DNA of 64,000 nt from Gonapodya sp. JEL0774 (lineage: Eukaryota), in assembly GCA_027604505.1 (NCBI GenBank), contig JADIIX010000110.1:1-64000 (forward strand), given 5' to 3'. Below, piece after piece: positions 59,798 to 64,000 of the stretch. Numbering within the stretch: the stretch's first letter is position 1; every line of letters starts with the position of its first letter. The notes below the pieces were generated by a model. That model saw only the letters and a program-made list of their open reading frames with translations, made no database searches and had not been told where the DNA came from. Made by a program: the position numbers and the translations under genes.

Positions 59798-61064
59798 CTA
59801 CTGTTTGTGGCTTACAAAACTTTTAAACATCTCCATTATCATCTGTTGGTTTGTGGTGGCCAACTTCCTCTCCCTCAGCTCCAACTCCTTCATTCTCCTC
59901 TCCTCTGCTTGCCTTGCTATTGCCAAGTATGCTTTCTTCTTGTGGCTGTCCTCCTTCAGCAGTTCCAGGCATCTTTCACGGGCCTCCCCCTTTTCTTCCT
60001 TTTTTTGATGTCGTCTGCTGTCCAATCCTCCTCCTCATCTCCCATTGCTAGCGGGCGCTTCTTGGAGAGTGTTTCCGTGGCGTTCTGTCTGATGTCTGAT
60101 GGGGAAGTCAGCCAACAACACTCCCACTCACCTGCTGCCGGCTTCATGTCACGTTTCCTATCAGCCAATGCATTTTCCTTGTTCTTGGCAAGTTTGGCGT
60201 TGAAGGTGGCTTGCTGTTGTAACACACCTATGTAATTGTGATATCCCAAACCGACCCCCAAAACGGATTGGATCATGTCACTCACCCCGTTGGCATAATC
60301 TTCCACCATCGCATCCAATGCCAACTCCTCCTTGTTCTTGCCTGTGAGCTTTTCAGAAGCTGTGTTCCGCTACTCCCAGGCAATCACGAGGGGCTTGACC
60401 CCGCGATCAGTGTTCTGGTGGGTGACCTTGGTGTACAGCACCAGGTTCTCTCTCCTCATGGCCTCTGCAATGTCCATCAAGCGCTTCCGCATCGTGTCCT
60501 GCTTTCTTGTTGCTTCGAAGGGCAGGATGATGTTGGCATGGCACATGAGGACAAGTGAGGAGGTGTGTTCCAAGTGAACTTTTTGCTGGCGGATATTTTG
60601 ACTGTGGTAGCAGCGGTTCCTGAGTCGATGGGCATTCTTGTAGTGGACGCTTGTTGTTGCGTATCCATGATGATGTTCTGTGCAATTGATTTGAGTCCAC
60701 CATGAATGGCTTTCATGGGGACCTGTGGACGAAGATGAAAAACCACCATATGAATCCTAAGTTACAATAAGAAACTTACCTCCTTCTCTTCTGCTGTCAT
60801 CTTAGTCCACATGTCTCCAATTGTACCTCCAACCATCCTGAATCCATACTCCGGATGATCCTTCATGACCTCCTTCTCCTTCGATTTCCGGAACAAGGCA
60901 AAGCTGGAGGGTGGTGGCTTTGCCTTTTTCTGTGACAATGTGGGTTTGTGTGGGTGGCTGGGTCTCTTTGAAAGAGCTCTGGGCTTGTGTGTTGGTGCTG
61001 ACTCAGTTGGCGCGTTGTCAGGTGCTGGGATGGCATCTGCAACACACAGAGACTGAGAAAACAA
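59798..61064 (-). pseudogene. Convergent partner ORF of the Harbinger element: HMG box followed by a degenerate helical/charged region
   Basis: KAKPPPSSFALFRKSK...KDHPEYGF..VGGTIGDMWTKMTAEEKE (HMG box), a GT-AG intron, then broken frames ending EERRMKELELRERKLA..QQMIMEMF. Confidence 0.6.
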
Positions 61065-61613
61065 GAAAACGCCACATTACCGTTTTTAGATTGTGATTGC
61101 TACTGAGAAATATTTTTCAATTGCGCTCTCACTGTGCAACACCGGGTCATTAGACTCGCTGCTGCACCCCATGAGATTTCCGCTATGATTTGGAACGCGT
61201 GGCACCTCTTCAACAATGTCGTTGGTGGATTAATATGTTTTGAAGCCTATGGAGGACTTTAAGGAATTCATCGCGATGTCTTGGAATGGAGAGTGTGGTC
61301 TGCGGCAGACGAAAACCAAGGGCTGCGTTGCAAGTGACTCATTTGTATTCGTCACAAATTGACTCATGTAATATAATCAGCGTTATCGTACTGCAGCAAT
61401 GTGAAAAAATGAGACCAATCGCATCCGATTTTACGAGTCAAACGAGCAGAGTTTTGTGCTCCCAATTCCGGCTCCAGAATTGGGAGGGCACCAATATTTT
61501 CCCCCGATACCTTGTGTGCACCAAAGTCGTGAAAACGGAATTCTGCGCAACCTCTCTTCTGAGCGGTGCTACAATTATCATGCAATTTTCCCAACAATCC
61601 CCAAACAGCCCCG

Positions 61614-63107
61614 ATGGCTGCTGCGAAGCCATCTCTCACGCAAAACACTTCATCACAATCTGCCGATAAGTTGTTCCCAACTCCTTCCGCCTCAAACCGT
61701 GTTCGTCGATTCTTCGTCCGTCCCACTCAAACCCATGATGCTCGTGAACGGGCACGGAAGCAGTCAGAAAGATCTCACTGGTCTTTTAGATCGTTGTTTA
61801 GCGCTGCGAAAACTGCGGTCGGGAAGATGTTTCGTCCATCCAGGCGTTCGTGGTCTTCGCTCCTCAAGCAACAGACTTCCCCCCCACGTGTCTCACCAGA
61901 TGCCCCACCTCTGGACCGAGTACCTGTGAGAACTGCTCGATTTTACTTTCGGCACCCTATTCATCTCCGATGTGGTTTCAGTGCTCCGCGACGGAAACCT
62001 GTGATTCCCCGGAACCGCCGCCATCAGTCTCTGACATGAACAGCTCCTTCACCGTCGTTGAAACCGCTTCTGTATCTACCTCTCTGAAATGTTCAATTCG
62101 GGATTCAGAAGACCATCTCGCGGATCAGGCGAATCACGGGGATCACGTGGAATGTTATCTCAAACTCGGGAGTGATGTTCTGATTGAAGCACCGGTACGT
62201 CTTCACATCTTACACCGTTCTTCTTCTTCATAGCTAAGACGTACTATAAGAGCAGTCCGTTTTCGTGACAAAACTGTGGGCATCGCGACTCCCTCCGGAA
62301 ATACTGGAAATAATATTTCGGCACATTCCCCTCTGTGAACGCTACTCCACTTTACGATACGTCTGCTCTTCGTGGCGTAGTTTTGTTATGGGTCTCGACG
62401 GTATACCCGCCAATATCAACATTCAAATCGTCAACGGATTCGCCAAACCTTCGCCTGTCGATCTCAAGGCTATGAAATTCGGTTTCAACATCGTGACTTC
62501 AAAACATAAACTCTTCGCGCACGACGGCTCTCCCATTCCACGGCACATGTACAAGCTCCAAATCGAGTACCACGAGTACTACCCAGTCCACCTTAGTCCG
62601 AGAGAGCTCGAGCGCCAATGGATCCCGAAAGACGATCTCTCCAAACCATTATATCGCGTGCCTTATCATATCGTCGATCTCGAGAACGAGGCCTGTACGT
62701 TTCTACGTTATGGGGATCCGAACTTTCCACTCCGGGCCGGAGAATGTGTTGCATGCGGACTTGTTGCCTGTCTCCGTTTATATTACAAGGAACCAGAACC
62801 TGGTGAATCAGCCGTGTGGACGGTTCAGGATCTTCAGGAGTTAGCCCTTCGTGCACTCGAGAAGGAATTTGGACAACATGTTTTGGGGCGCTTGTGTGAG
62901 ATTGGCATGCCAGACTGGAACAATCCGCAAATGTTGTTGGACATTGCGTTTTTTACAACAACTGCTGTTGAGATAGGTAGTTCGGGGCACTATGATTACT
63001 TGGACAAACATTGGAGGCGGTCAGGAGCGATTGATGGTATCACATATGAAATGTGGAGTAACCACCCAGTACAGAAGTACAGAAGGAATCAAACAATTGA
63101 AGAATAA
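61614..63107 (+). CDS. F-box protein (5' exons and 3' end uncertain)
   Basis: RLPPEILEIIFRHIP..ERYSTLRYVCSSWR in the 62265-63107 ORF; upstream open frames are joinable by GT-AG introns. Confidence 0.6.
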
Positions 63108-64000
63108 TATGAGATTATCTTGTAGAGTGGACGGTCAAGCCTGACCGCCCCGACCAAATCTGTCTACAGCGTTTGAATTTCGGATCGATGGAGACCCGGA
63201 GCAGTCAAGCTAGTACCAGGTACTTGAGAAGTGGATTTTCCGTGGTCGAGGAGCTCAAATCGATGTGATTTCTATCTGTGGCCATGTGCAACTTCAGCCT
63301 CAAAATACCCAGCACTGTCACGATCAGAGAGGATATCGTGCGAGGCTTGATTCGCAAGCTTGTACTGGTTCAATTTACGAGATATCTCTTTCATCATCCC
63401 GAAGCAGGACACGAAGCACGACTACGCCCAGCATATGAGAAAAGGTTCTATGAGGTCGTTTCCCGGATCATCCAAGAACAACTTCCGAAATCTATGACTG
63501 ACATTGAAAAGGATCAACTATTGAACGCTAAATATGAATACTTGAAACGCCTCGATGCCTATCGTGAGGCCAAACCTGGTCCTGACCCCACAACCCGTAC
63601 GAATTAGGCTTCGACATGCTCACAGAACACGCAATAGTGCTTTGAAGCATAGAGTCTGTATGAACCCGTTTCCATTTGCCAACAACAAGGACGTGCTGCA
63701 GTACTACCCTCTCTCTGATCAAATCGATGCCCATTTCCAACACTGGGTTCGCCCCAATGAATTGAACTCCGACCTTCCCCCACCAAAGAAGAAGCTCATT
63801 GCCTACACTATGGATCAGCTGAGAAATGAAAAATCATACCAAGGTGTCCATAGTGCTGACATTGGAGTTGACGAGGATAAATTAGACAAGGATTGGGAGA
63901 CAGAGTATCTTCCAATACGGACGCTGTTGCTCTTCTGGTGAGTACATCACCCAAACGCCACTGTGATTCTAATTGAGCAGGTCACCCTTAAAGGTGGAAG

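Noticed and set aside
63278..63941. Short ORFs at the window end
   Set aside because: No recognisable motif and truncated context; cannot be called.

Overview
Intron-rich eukaryotic DNA, most consistent with an early-diverging (zoosporic, chytrid/monoblepharid-like) fungus; the taxon is inferred from gene content, not shown. About 20 spliced genes can be rebuilt by hand across GT-AG introns: a giant NoxR/p67phox (TPR, ~850-aa Pro/acidic linker, PB1), a MoCF/CinA-domain protein, two secreted proteins, GINS Psf1, a 3xFKBP-TPR immunophilin, malic enzyme, OCRL/INPP5B, a fused beta-His-alpha cobalt-type nitrile hydratase, a GT8, a chromo-SET Clr4/SUV39, an At4g15545-like protein, a head-to-head pyruvate formate-lyase activating enzyme / pyruvate formate-lyase pair, an RGS protein, a flavocytochrome b2-like enzyme, a Thg1-like protein and Noc3. 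A CpG-depleted transposon block follows (decayed Ngaro tyrosine-recombinase retroelement, decayed PIF/Harbinger with an HMG-box partner ORF, F-box genes). Top observations: (1) PFL has a hidden upstream presequence-like exon and a duplicated promoter module, suggesting organellar and cytosolic isoforms, next to its activase; (2) a spliced, fused Co-type nitrile hydratase in a fungal context; (3) two of its introns contain near-perfect copies of the adjacent exon ends; (4) G-rich-5'/C-rich-3' long introns; (5) CpG erosion inside the essential NOC3 gene. All gene models are manual and untested by RNA data or database searches.
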